Shown: positions 45,731-54,623 of the stretch, one piece after another
Position numbering within the stretch: the stretch's first letter is position 1
Layout of the letters: each line of letters starts with the position of its first letter
Assembly: GCA_003235475.1 (NCBI GenBank)
Contig: QJWC01000031.1
Coordinates: 1,042 to 65,041 of the forward strand
Direction of reading: 5' to 3'
Source: Acidimicrobiia bacterium
GTDB taxonomy: Bacteria; Actinomycetota; Acidimicrobiia; Spongiisociales; UBA5794
DNA length: 64,000 nt
Notes under the pieces: model-generated
Seen by the model: the letters and a program-made list of their open reading frames with translations, nothing else
What the model was told of the DNA's origin: nothing
The model's database searches: none
Made by a program: the position numbers and the translations under genes

Positions 45731-46675
45731 TCAACGAGCCAGCGAATCGGTGACCGACACGGTCCACTCGGTCATCGCGGTACCGCCATGCCCGTCAGCA
45801 TCCGCGATCAAGAATTCGGTGGCACCGACCGCCTCGGCAAGCTGCAACGGAAAGTCGAGGGGTGAGCTGATGTCCAGTCGTCCGTGTGCGAGGTACGTGG
45901 GGATCCCTCGTATGAGGCCTGCGTTCCTCAGGATGTGGTCGTCGTCGAGGAAGGCTGCATTCGCCCAGTAGTGAGTGACGATGCGGGCGAAGCACAAGCG
46001 AAAGCTCGGATCCTCGTCGCGCAATCCCGGCGCACCGTCGGTCGCGAGCGAGACGTGGGCATCTTCCCATGCGCACCACGCTCGAGCGGCAGGACCGTGG
46101 ACTTCGGGGTCCGGGCTCATCAACAGGCGGTGGTACGCCTCTGCGAGGTTTCCGCTCCGCAGATCCTCCGGAAGATGATCACGGAATACCCGCCATTCCT
46201 CCGGGAACACGCGTCCCACGGTGCGAGTCACCCATTCGACGGCGGAGCTGTTGGTGGATACCACCGATCCGAGAACCAGCTCGGTCACTGCATCGGGATG
46301 CGCCTCCGCGTAGACCAGACCGAGTGTCGTTCCCCATGATCCACCCCACACCAGCCACCTGTCGACGGAGAGATGACGGCGCAGCTTCTCGATGTCGTCG
46401 ACAAGATGCGGCGTGGTGTTGGTCGACAGATCGACAGTGGGTTCACCTGCGTATGGCGTGCTCGCACCGCAGTTGCGCTGATCGAACTGGATGATGCGGT
46501 ATCGAGCCGGGTCGAAGAGCCTTCGGTGCCGGGGGGACGAACCAGAGCCAGGGCCACCATGCAGGAGGATCGCGGGCTTGCCATCGGGGTTTCCGGCCTC
46601 ACTCCAGTGAAGCGTGTGGCCGGCGCCCACGTCGAGGGTGTCGGTACGGAACGGATCTGTGATCTCATGCGCCAT
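45731..46675 (-). CDS. pip: Prolyl aminopeptidase (proline iminopeptidase, alpha/beta hydrolase)
   Basis: LLHGGPGSGSS, RIIQFDQRNCGAS, nucleophile elbow GGSWGTTL. Start at MAHEITDPF (ATG 46675). Confidence 0.85.
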   Translation of the reverse strand: MAHEITDPFRTDTLDVGAGHTLHWSEAGNPDGKPAILLHGGPGSGSSPRHRRLFDPARYRIIQFDQRNCGASTPYAGEPTVDLSTNTTPHLVDDIEKLRRHLSVDRWLVWGGSWGTTLGLVYAEAHPDAVTELVLGSVVSTNSSAVEWVTRTVGRVFPEEWRVFRDHLPEDLRSGNLAEAYHRLLMSPDPEVHGPAARAWCAWEDAHVSLATDGAPGLRDEDPSFRLCFARIVTHYWANAAFLDDDHILRNAGLIRGIPTYLAHGRLDISSPLDFPLQLAEAVGATEFLIADADGHGGTAMTEWTVSVTDSLAR

Positions 46676-46771
46676 GTCTCGATTATTGCCCGCCCGTGAC
46701 ACACAAATCATGTTCGGTATGGGACGCATGGGCGCGTGGGATGTGGTTGGCTAGGACCGACAGGAGGTTTC

Positions 46772-47842
46772 ATGCCGATCACAACGGTTGAGCAGTTGCG
46801 GGACCATCTCGAGCTCGCCATACAGGTCGAACTCTCGACGATCCCCCCATACCTGTACGCGATGTATTCGATCGAGGATCAGCAGTCAGACGCCGTGCTT
46901 CTCATCCGAAGCATCGTTGCTGAGGAGATGCTCCATGCGGCGCTCTGCACGAACGTGCTCCTCGCCGTCGGAGGGACTCCCGACTTCGCGTCGGAGGCGT
47001 ACATCCCGAGATACCCGCTCGACCTGCCGCACCACATCCCGCCCCTGCGGCTCGACCTGGCACCCGCGTCCGAGGATCTGATCCGGAGAGTGCTCATGAG
47101 GATCGAGCAGCCCGAGACGCACGGCGCACCAGATCAGCCGGACCAGTACGAAACGCTCGGTCAGTTCTATCACGCCCTCGAGAACGGGGTGAAGGAACTC
47201 GCGGCCTCAACGGAACTGTTCACGAACCCGCAGCGTTCCGCGCAGATGGGGGACCCGGACTTCTACCGACCCGTCGCGCTCGATGCGGAGGACAGCGGGG
47301 GGCTCGTCCTTGTCGACGACCTCGACTCAGCGGTCGAGGCGTTCGAGATCATCGTTCACCAGGGCGAGGGCTTGAGCGACGAGCGGTGGGCGGACCCATC
47401 CCACCAGGAGCTCACCCACTACTCCAAGCTCGTCCAGATCGCTGACGGCGACTCACCTCTCGGCGCAGTCCGTCCGGTTCGCACGAATCCGACGACCGCA
47501 TCGTTCCCTGAAGACATCCGCATCGTCGCCGACCTCTTCAACGCGGCGTACCGAGGGATGTACCTCACCATGCGAAGGCTCTTCGGCGACGAAGGACTCC
47601 AACGCAAAGCCGTTGGCGTCCTGTACATCCTGATGGTCGACATCATGAGCCCGCTCGCCCACTGGTTGGTGCAGCAGACGCTCGATGACGGCACCGTTGC
47701 GAGTCCCACGTTCGAGATCTACGCCTTCCGGGGCTCCGACAGGCTCAAAGAGATGGAAGAGATGGCACAGAGCGCCGCGGAGATGCACGAGGAACTGTCG
47801 CCGGTGTACGAGACAATCCGCGCCCTCGAGTTCATCCTCTAG
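46772..47842 (+). CDS. Ferritin-like domain protein (VioB N-terminal-like di-iron fold)
   Basis: LRDHLELAIQVELSTIPPYLYAMYSI...IVAEEMLHAALCTNVLLAVGG is the pattern I associate with the Pfam Ferritin-like family. Confidence 0.65.
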   Translation: MPITTVEQLRDHLELAIQVELSTIPPYLYAMYSIEDQQSDAVLLIRSIVAEEMLHAALCTNVLLAVGGTPDFASEAYIPRYPLDLPHHIPPLRLDLAPASEDLIRRVLMRIEQPETHGAPDQPDQYETLGQFYHALENGVKELAASTELFTNPQRSAQMGDPDFYRPVALDAEDSGGLVLVDDLDSAVEAFEIIVHQGEGLSDERWADPSHQELTHYSKLVQIADGDSPLGAVRPVRTNPTTASFPEDIRIVADLFNAAYRGMYLTMRRLFGDEGLQRKAVGVLYILMVDIMSPLAHWLVQQTLDDGTVASPTFEIYAFRGSDRLKEMEEMAQSAAEMHEELSPVYETIRALEFIL

Positions 47843-47898
47843 CCAGCGCAAGTTGCCGATCGGGCGGTGACCCCCCTGCATCGCGCCCCGTGCGATGC

Positions 47899-47983
47899 CG
47901 TCCCCCTTGAAGGGGGGACGTGATACCTCCGAATCGCCCCCTTTCAAGGGGGACGGCAAGCGTCAGCGAGCCAGGGGGATCAC
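47899..47983. repeat. Intergenic palindromic repeat: one extra hairpin plus one full copy of a roughly 50-nt element also present, inverted, at 62649-62698
   Basis: Hairpin CGTCCCCCTTGAAGGGGGGACG at 47899-47920. The core CGCCCCCTTTCAAGGGGGACGGCAAGCGTCAGCGAGCCAGGGGGATCA at 47935-47982 aligns by eye with the reverse complement of 62649-62698 (about 40 of 48 positions). Confidence 0.7.
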
Positions 47984-47987
47984 CTCG

Positions 47988-49976
47988 CTAGAGGGACGGC
48001 GTGCTCCACACGATCTCGGACACATCGACGGGGTCGGTGATGCCCTTCAACTCCTTCGGACCGAGGGCCCGGATCTCGTGGCTGGTCTCGACGCCGTCGA
48101 GCGTGGACGTGCTGATGTGGATGTGGCCCCCGTCTGCCGACGACATGATCCTCGCCGCGATGTGGACCCCTTGCCCCGAGTAGTTCGCGTCCCGCTCGGT
48201 GGCTTCCGACGTGTGGATACCGATGCGCACCTCCGGTGCGAATCCGTGGTCGCGTCGGTGCGTGGCCAACCGCTTCTGGACGACGACAGCCCAGTCGATG
48301 GCGGCATCGGGGTCGGTGAACGCCACGAAATAGCCATCTCCTGTGTGGCTGACGACCTCGCCGCCGGCATCATCGATGGTCTCGTCCATCAGCCGGTCGT
48401 GCCAGCGGATGAGGTCCTCCCACGCCGAGTCCCCGATGAGGCCGATGAGGTCCGTGGACGTGACGATGTCGGTGAAGACGAACGTCCTCGTCACGCGATC
48501 CCCCTTCGAGTCGTGCGGGGACTCACCGAGAAGTTCGCTCAGACGATCGGCATCGCGGTCGGCACCGAGCTTGGCCATAACCGTGCGCGCAGCCCGGTAT
48601 TCCATCGCCGCGCCCTCCGCATCGCCCTGCGCTTCGAGTGCCGCCCCGAGCAGTGCCCGGGCGCGTGCACTCTCGTACGGCATGTCGATGTCCCTCCACT
48701 GGCGCCATGCATCGCTCAACATGGTGACGGCCGCGTCGACGTCGCCCTTGGCGAGATCGATCGCTCCCCGGCACGTTGCCGCGAACGCCGTCCACGATGC
48801 GGCGCCATAGTCATTGGCGACCTCGTCGAGTTCCTTCCACGCCTGCTCTGCCCGCTCGACGTCTCCTGCGGCAAGGGCGATGTCCACCATCGAGGGAAGG
48901 AGTCGTGCGCGCTGCAACCTCGAGGACCTTCCGCTGTCGGCGAGGGGAATCCTGTCGAGGGCGCGTGTCAATGAGCCAAAGGCGCCCTCGACGTCTCCTT
49001 GGTCCATCATGAGGAGGGATCGGCCCGGCTGACCGCTGAGGCCGTATTCGTATGCCTTGTCGAACGCAGCCTGGGCTCCCTTGAGATCGCCCCTCCGGCG
49101 GCGCGACTCACCGATCTCGTACTGGGCGAATCCGATGCCGTCGAAGAGCTGGAACTTCTGAAGCTCGATGCACGCCTGTCGCGCTGCCTTCTCGGCTTCA
49201 GGGAAGTGGCCCTTCAGCCGCTGGAGTTCTGCACGATGGACCTGGCAGACACCCGGATACCCGCCCACGGCCTTCCCGCGCATCCACCGCTCAGCCTCCT
49301 CCGTCCACTCCGACGCTCGCTTGAACTCCCCGAGGTCCCGACACAGCGCGATCGTGTTGCAGTAGACGTCGCCCGTCGAACGCAGATCAGATCGACCGGA
49401 CAGCGCTGTGAGCGTTGCGGCGTCGGCGAGACGCAGGGCCTCCTCCCAATCGCCCTGTTGGCTCTTCGAATATCCGGTGAAGCTCGTGGCAAGCGCCTCG
49501 ATCCCTGCGTCACCTATGCCCACGGCCTTCTCACGTGCCTCGGCAAACAACGAGATCGCGCCTTCCCAGTCGCGCTCTCGCATCGCCATGATGCCTCGGA
49601 ACACGCGGAGCCAGCCGTGCGCGAAGGACTCGGGCTGCCCATCGAGCAGCGCTTCGGTCTTTGCCATCCATCCGCCCGCGACGGCCATCGCCTGCCGACG
49701 AGCTGCGAGATAGGCGAGCTTCGCGGTCACGCGGGCTGCCTCGACTGGGTTGCCCTCGTGCTCGAATGCGGCGGCCGCCTCCTCGAACGCGACGAGCGCG
49801 TCGTCTGCATCGCCAGACCACCATGCCGCCTCACCCCACAGGTCGAGACCGAGCGCGTCGAGCTCCGATGCGTCGTGAGGGCCGTCGAGAAGCTCCCGTG
49901 CCTCGGTCCAATCCGACCGTTCCACTGCGAGACGGGCCAGCTCCAGGATGTCCTGATTCACCATGCGTTCTGCCAT
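47988..49976 (-). CDS. TPR-repeat region with C-terminal class III adenylate/guanylate cyclase domain
   Basis: About 470 aa of TPR-like helical repeats, then FVFTDIVTSTDLIG, SHTGDGYFVAF, IGIHTSEA. Confidence 0.8.
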   Translation of the reverse strand: MAERMVNQDILELARLAVERSDWTEARELLDGPHDASELDALGLDLWGEAAWWSGDADDALVAFEEAAAAFEHEGNPVEAARVTAKLAYLAARRQAMAVAGGWMAKTEALLDGQPESFAHGWLRVFRGIMAMRERDWEGAISLFAEAREKAVGIGDAGIEALATSFTGYSKSQQGDWEEALRLADAATLTALSGRSDLRSTGDVYCNTIALCRDLGEFKRASEWTEEAERWMRGKAVGGYPGVCQVHRAELQRLKGHFPEAEKAARQACIELQKFQLFDGIGFAQYEIGESRRRRGDLKGAQAAFDKAYEYGLSGQPGRSLLMMDQGDVEGAFGSLTRALDRIPLADSGRSSRLQRARLLPSMVDIALAAGDVERAEQAWKELDEVANDYGAASWTAFAATCRGAIDLAKGDVDAAVTMLSDAWRQWRDIDMPYESARARALLGAALEAQGDAEGAAMEYRAARTVMAKLGADRDADRLSELLGESPHDSKGDRVTRTFVFTDIVTSTDLIGLIGDSAWEDLIRWHDRLMDETIDDAGGEVVSHTGDGYFVAFTDPDAAIDWAVVVQKRLATHRRDHGFAPEVRIGIHTSEATERDANYSGQGVHIAARIMSSADGGHIHISTSTLDGVETSHEIRALGPKELKGITDPVDVSEIVWSTPSL

Positions 49977-50027
49977 GTCATCGGCTCCCGAATCTACCGA
50001 CAGGATTCCCGCCCTGTAGCGGACGGC

Positions 50028-53000
50028 CTATTTCTCCGGGTAACCGGGGTGGGCGACGAAGGTGCCGGCGTCGGACTTCACTGGAATGTGCGGCATCGAC
50101 TCCTGTACGCCCTTGAGGATCGTGTACATCACCGCCGCCGGCTCGAGCGAGAGTGCCTCACCGTCCGCTGCTGCGACCGACGCCCCCACCAGCGCCAGAT
50201 CGTGGTCGAGCGTCGCGGTGAACGACGGGGACGCGTACTCGACCTTGCCGTTGAGGGAGATCCGGTGGGTCTCGCCATCGAAGCGTCCCTCCATCACCGA
50301 GCCTTCGAACATCATGAACGCGTTCGAGTGTTGCGCCTCGAAGTCCTCCCGGTCGAGGTACAGCCGCGGCTTGTCCTTGTAGGGCTCACCAGACGTGGGG
50401 CACGCGGTGACGCAGTTGCCGCACTCGTTGCAGAAGTCGGTCAGCACGGCGATCTGGTACTGCTGGCCGGCCGTGAACCGGGAGGTCTCGCCCGCGACCA
50501 CCGCACCGTCGGCGACCGACAGGGATGGCAGGTCGGCCGTCACCGGGGACATCTCGTAGGTCATGAGCGCCATGTTCGGGCACACCCCGACGCACAGGCT
50601 GCAGATCTCATGGCAGTCGAGGCACCGGGAGGCTTCGGCCATCGCCTCCTCGGCCGTGTACGACAGCACGGTCTCGTCGAAACCATCGCGCTGGTCGAGG
50701 GGCGAGAACCGAATGGGAACGCGGTACTCGCGCCGTGAGCGTCGAATCACCATGTTGTGCAGGTCGATGGGACGCTCCTCTTCGGCCGGCTTGACCCTCG
50801 GCGAGTCGTGCTTCGCCATGATCGCTTCCGCAACCCGCTTGCCGTCTGCGGCAGCCTTCACGATCGATGACGGCCCGTCGGCTGCGACGTCGCCGCCTGC
50901 GTACACGCCGGGGATCGACGACTCGTAGGTCGCAGGATCCACCGCGATGTAGCCGCGGTTCGTGAGGTCCGGCACCTCGTCCCCGAAGAAGTCGAGCACC
51001 GAGTGCTGTGAAATGGCGAGGATCAGGGTGTCGAGCTCGAGCTCGAACTCCGAGTCAGGCACGTCGAAGGGGATCTTGCGGCCGGAGTCGTCCCGGTCGC
51101 CGCGGTACTCCGTCCGAGTGCAGATCAGGCCGGCGAGCGTGCCGTCCTCGACGTGGAGGCCGTGTGGCTTGGCGAGCTCGACGATGTGGATGCCCTCTTC
51201 CCTGATCGCGTGGATCTCCTCGGGGTCTGCCGGCATCTGGTCGACCGTGCGCCGGTAGACGAGGTAGACGTCCTCGGCTCCGACCCGCAGGGCCGACCGC
51301 ACACAGTCCATCGCCGTGTCACCCGCACCGATGACACCGACCCGCTTGCCGATCGCCACCGGACGCTCCTCCCGTACGGACCGAAGGAAGCCGATCCCGT
51401 CCATGACGCCGTCCGCGTCCTCGCCCGGCAGGTTCAGCTTCTTGGCGAGCTGGGCACCAACCGCCACGAAGACGTAGTCGAACCCGTCGGCTCGGAGGCC
51501 TTCGAGTGTGAAGTCCTCCCCCGCCTTCTGGCTGTACCGGATCTCCACGCCGAGGTCGTCGAGGACCGCGAGATCCTGGTCGATGTCCTTCTGTGGCAAG
51601 CGATACGAGGGGATCGCGCCGCCCACCATTCCGCCCGCGTAGGGGTGTGCTTCGAAGATCGTCACGGCGAAACCGGCGTGCGCGAGTTCCTGGGCGGCAG
51701 CCAATCCAGCCGGTCCCGCACCGATGATCGCCACGCTGACGCCGGTCGACGGGTTGGTCGTGAAGAGCACCGGCACCTCTTCGTGCTCCATGATGAACCG
51801 CTTCATGTGCCGGATCGCGAGCGGCTGGTCGAAATGCGTTCGGATGCAGGTGTTCTCACATAGGTGATCGCACACTCGCCCGAGGACGGACGGCAGCGGG
51901 TTGTCCTCACGAGCGAGCTCGACTGCTTTGAGGAAGTTGCCCTCGCGGACCGCGTTCATGTACTGCGGGACCTTCTGGTCGACAGGGCATTCGTCGACGC
52001 ACGGCGCTTCGATGCAGTCGAAGAAGTCGAGGGTTCTCGGGGTCTTCGACCGATCCATGCGGAACGAGTGCTTCTGGTAGCGCCAGTCCGTGCGGACATC
52101 CTCGGCGTACTGGCGAAGATTCACGCGGGCGAGCGCGTTCGTCACGAGTCGGGAGATCTCCTTCGAGCGCATCGCATCGAACCCGGCGGCCGCTGACCAG
52201 GAGTCGACGGCATCGAGCAGTCGGCCGTTGCCGTCGTGCGCGCGCAGCGCCGACAGGATGCCTGTGCAGTGCTCCGCCGTGAGGTCGAGGCCGCTCGCTG
52301 TCAACGAGGCGTATCGCAAGAGCACAGGGAACTCCTCGATCGCATCCTGTTGGAGGGCTGTCTTGCACATGAAGTCCGTCGTGTCGACGGCACCGACCTT
52401 GTCGTAGGCGGCCTCGACGTTCTCCATGTACTGGAGCATCCGGAGGTACCCGCCTGACTTCAGCAGGTCCGAGCACACCGTGATGGTCTTCATCCCGCCG
52501 CGCAGGAGGTCGGCGACATTGAAACAGTCGGCTCCCCCGGCGAACGAGAGCATCAGGTCTCCGCGGAACTCCTCCGAGATCCGCGATGCAAGGTTCGTCG
52601 TGACAGCGTGGAGCGCCCTGCCAGACAGGTACATCATCTCGTCCTTGTCGAACTCTGTCCGCCAGTTCTCCACCTCGAGCGTGTTCGTCAGCTTCAGCCC
52701 GAACGTCAGGTTGCGCTCTGCCGCGACCCGGCGCAGGTTGTGGAACATCGGCACAGCGTCGACGTACATCAAGTCGTGCCCGAACGCTTCATCGGGAATC
52801 GGGATGTCGTCGAACCCGAGCCCCTCGTTGATGATCCCCCGAACGCGGTCGGCGCCGAGCAGGGTCGGGTTGCACTTCACGGACGTGTGCAGGCCCCGTT
52901 CCTCCATCAGGTACAGGGAGATCCTCTCGATCTCATCAGGAGGGCAGCCGTGCATCGTGGAGAGCGTGATCGTGTCGGAGAGCTGCCTCGGGATGTCGAT

Positions 53001-53585
53001 GTCGCGGACCTCCGGGTAGTACTCGGCCACGATGTCGATGTACTTCGGCAGGTACTCGCTCGCATCAGCCATCACGTCGAAGTACCACTGCACGTTCGGC
53101 TTCAGCATCCCTTCGAGGTTGTACCCGACGGACATGTTGAAGACCATGCCTGGCCGCTCGCCATGCCAACCGAACTTGTGGTGGAGCGCGTGGATCAGCA
53201 CCCATGCCCTGAGGTACTCGTCGAACGACTGGAAGACCTTGAGTTCCTGGGACCACTCGACGTTGTAGCCCTCGTCCTCGACGTCGATGCACGGCTTGTT
53301 GACGTCGAGCTCGTCGAGCGTCTGGATCGTCTTGAGTTCGATGAGGCGGGCCCCGACGAGCCACGACACGATGATGTTCTGGGCCATCTGCGTGTGGGGT
53401 CCTGCGGCCACCCCGAAGGGTGTGTCCATCTCGACGCCGTACTTCGTGATGCGATACGGATGGTCTGGGCTCGGGACGAAGAAGGCGGAGCGCGGGACGT
53501 TGAAGAGTGAGCCCTTTTCGTCGAGCTCGGTGAAGACCCACTTCGTGAGCTGCTCCATCGAGATCGGGTGGAACCTATCGGACAT
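50028..53585 (-). CDS. ygfK: YgfK-type multidomain Fe-S flavoprotein (DPD-like TIM barrel, GltD-like FAD/NAD(P) domains, ferredoxin clusters)
   Basis: The N-terminus FHPISMEQLTKWVF...FGVAAGPHTQMAQNIIVSWLVGARLIELKTIQ...NKPCIDVEDEGYNVEWSQE...LSTMHGCPPDEIE tracks my recollection of E. coli YgfK. VAIIGAGPAGLAAAQEL and VGVIGAGDTAMDC are the GltD-like motifs. Ferredoxin motifs: CLDCHEICSLCVGVCP and CNECGNCVTACP. Confidence 0.85.
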   Translation of the reverse strand: MSDRFHPISMEQLTKWVFTELDEKGSLFNVPRSAFFVPSPDHPYRITKYGVEMDTPFGVAAGPHTQMAQNIIVSWLVGARLIELKTIQTLDELDVNKPCIDVEDEGYNVEWSQELKVFQSFDEYLRAWVLIHALHHKFGWHGERPGMVFNMSVGYNLEGMLKPNVQWYFDVMADASEYLPKYIDIVAEYYPEVRDIDIPRQLSDTITLSTMHGCPPDEIERISLYLMEERGLHTSVKCNPTLLGADRVRGIINEGLGFDDIPIPDEAFGHDLMYVDAVPMFHNLRRVAAERNLTFGLKLTNTLEVENWRTEFDKDEMMYLSGRALHAVTTNLASRISEEFRGDLMLSFAGGADCFNVADLLRGGMKTITVCSDLLKSGGYLRMLQYMENVEAAYDKVGAVDTTDFMCKTALQQDAIEEFPVLLRYASLTASGLDLTAEHCTGILSALRAHDGNGRLLDAVDSWSAAAGFDAMRSKEISRLVTNALARVNLRQYAEDVRTDWRYQKHSFRMDRSKTPRTLDFFDCIEAPCVDECPVDQKVPQYMNAVREGNFLKAVELAREDNPLPSVLGRVCDHLCENTCIRTHFDQPLAIRHMKRFIMEHEEVPVLFTTNPSTGVSVAIIGAGPAGLAAAQELAHAGFAVTIFEAHPYAGGMVGGAIPSYRLPQKDIDQDLAVLDDLGVEIRYSQKAGEDFTLEGLRADGFDYVFVAVGAQLAKKLNLPGEDADGVMDGIGFLRSVREERPVAIGKRVGVIGAGDTAMDCVRSALRVGAEDVYLVYRRTVDQMPADPEEIHAIREEGIHIVELAKPHGLHVEDGTLAGLICTRTEYRGDRDDSGRKIPFDVPDSEFELELDTLILAISQHSVLDFFGDEVPDLTNRGYIAVDPATYESSIPGVYAGGDVAADGPSSIVKAAADGKRVAEAIMAKHDSPRVKPAEEERPIDLHNMVIRRSRREYRVPIRFSPLDQRDGFDETVLSYTAEEAMAEASRCLDCHEICSLCVGVCPNMALMTYEMSPVTADLPSLSVADGAVVAGETSRFTAGQQYQIAVLTDFCNECGNCVTACPTSGEPYKDKPRLYLDREDFEAQHSNAFMMFEGSVMEGRFDGETHRISLNGKVEYASPSFTATLDHDLALVGASVAAADGEALSLEPAAVMYTILKGVQESMPHIPVKSDAGTFVAHPGYPEK

Positions 53586-53600
53586 CGCCTCTCCCCTCCC

Positions 53601-54623
53601 TCACAGCCTGGCGTGGAGTCGTGCAGCCTGTTCCCTGGCGACCGCCCGGATCTCGTCTGCATCGACCCGTGTCGGCTTGCCGTCCGCGAGGATCGTCTCA
53701 CCGTCGACCTTCACCTCGAGGGGTCGGATGCCGGGCGTGAACGCGATGTGCCATGGATCCATGGGGTCGTATGACCACGTCACCTCGTCGTCTCGGGCTT
53801 CCGGCACGATGTCCCATCCCGTCTCCAGCCATCGCCACGCAGGGTCGGGGCCGACCGTGATGTCGACCGATCGTTGCATCACATAGGCGAGCCTGAAGGA
53901 CTCGAGGACGTTTCCGCCGATGCCGTCGGTTCCGAGGGCGACGGGGTTCGAGAACCGTGCCGGGTTCGCATACCCGACGGCATTGTTCAAGTTGGACATC
54001 GGATTGTGGAGGATCGTGCCCCTCAGCGTGTGGTCCGTCGGCAGGTGGACGCAGTGGCTCAACAGCCAGTCGTCGGTCGTGAGCCCTTCGAGCCTGTTCG
54101 GTGCGTCGATATCCCCGATTCCTTCACACACGTGGATGTGGACGCCGACGCCGAGGTCCGCGGCGAGCCCGGCTGCCGCTTCGAGGGAATCGTCCGAGCA
54201 GGTGAACGCGGCATGGATGCCGACCATCCCGTTGCCGCCTGCCTTGATGAACCGTTCGTTCTCCTCGAGGCCCCGCTTCGCTCCGTCGGCGCCATGCCGA
54301 TCCGTGATCCCGTACGCGACGAGGAGCCGTACGCCGACCTCGGCACACGCCTCGGCGATCACGTCGAGGCTCCCCTCGATCGCATTCGGCGACTCGTGGT
54401 GGTCGACGATGGCGGTGGTTCCGTTCTCGAGCGCTTCGAGGGCGCCGAGGAGGGCGGACGCCCTGATCATGTCGAGGTCGAGCGCCGTGTCGAGCCTCCA
54501 CCAGACCTGTTCGAGGACTTCCTGGAAATTCGAAGCCACCTTCGGGGGCGCCGGCATGCCGCGGGCGAGCGCCGAGTAGAGGTGGTGGTGGGCGCAGACG
54601 AGGCCCGGAGTGGTTGCGGTCAT
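53601..54623 (-). CDS. ssnA: SsnA-like amidohydrolase lacking the usual N-terminal beta-sandwich segment
   Basis: ATGA overlap with the upstream stop. The protein opens directly on the metal motif MTATTPGLVCAHHHLYSALARG, then GIHAAFTC, VHIHVCEG, LSHCVH, GTDG. Confidence 0.7.
   Translation of the reverse strand: MTATTPGLVCAHHHLYSALARGMPAPPKVASNFQEVLEQVWWRLDTALDLDMIRASALLGALEALENGTTAIVDHHESPNAIEGSLDVIAEACAEVGVRLLVAYGITDRHGADGAKRGLEENERFIKAGGNGMVGIHAAFTCSDDSLEAAAGLAADLGVGVHIHVCEGIGDIDAPNRLEGLTTDDWLLSHCVHLPTDHTLRGTILHNPMSNLNNAVGYANPARFSNPVALGTDGIGGNVLESFRLAYVMQRSVDITVGPDPAWRWLETGWDIVPEARDDEVTWSYDPMDPWHIAFTPGIRPLEVKVDGETILADGKPTRVDADEIRAVAREQAARLHARL

Noticed and set aside
47895-48974. 359-aa plus-strand ORF starting MPSPLKGGRDTSESPPFKGDGK
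   Set aside because: Its start is the translation of the palindromic repeat, and the rest is antisense to the TPR-cyclase gene.
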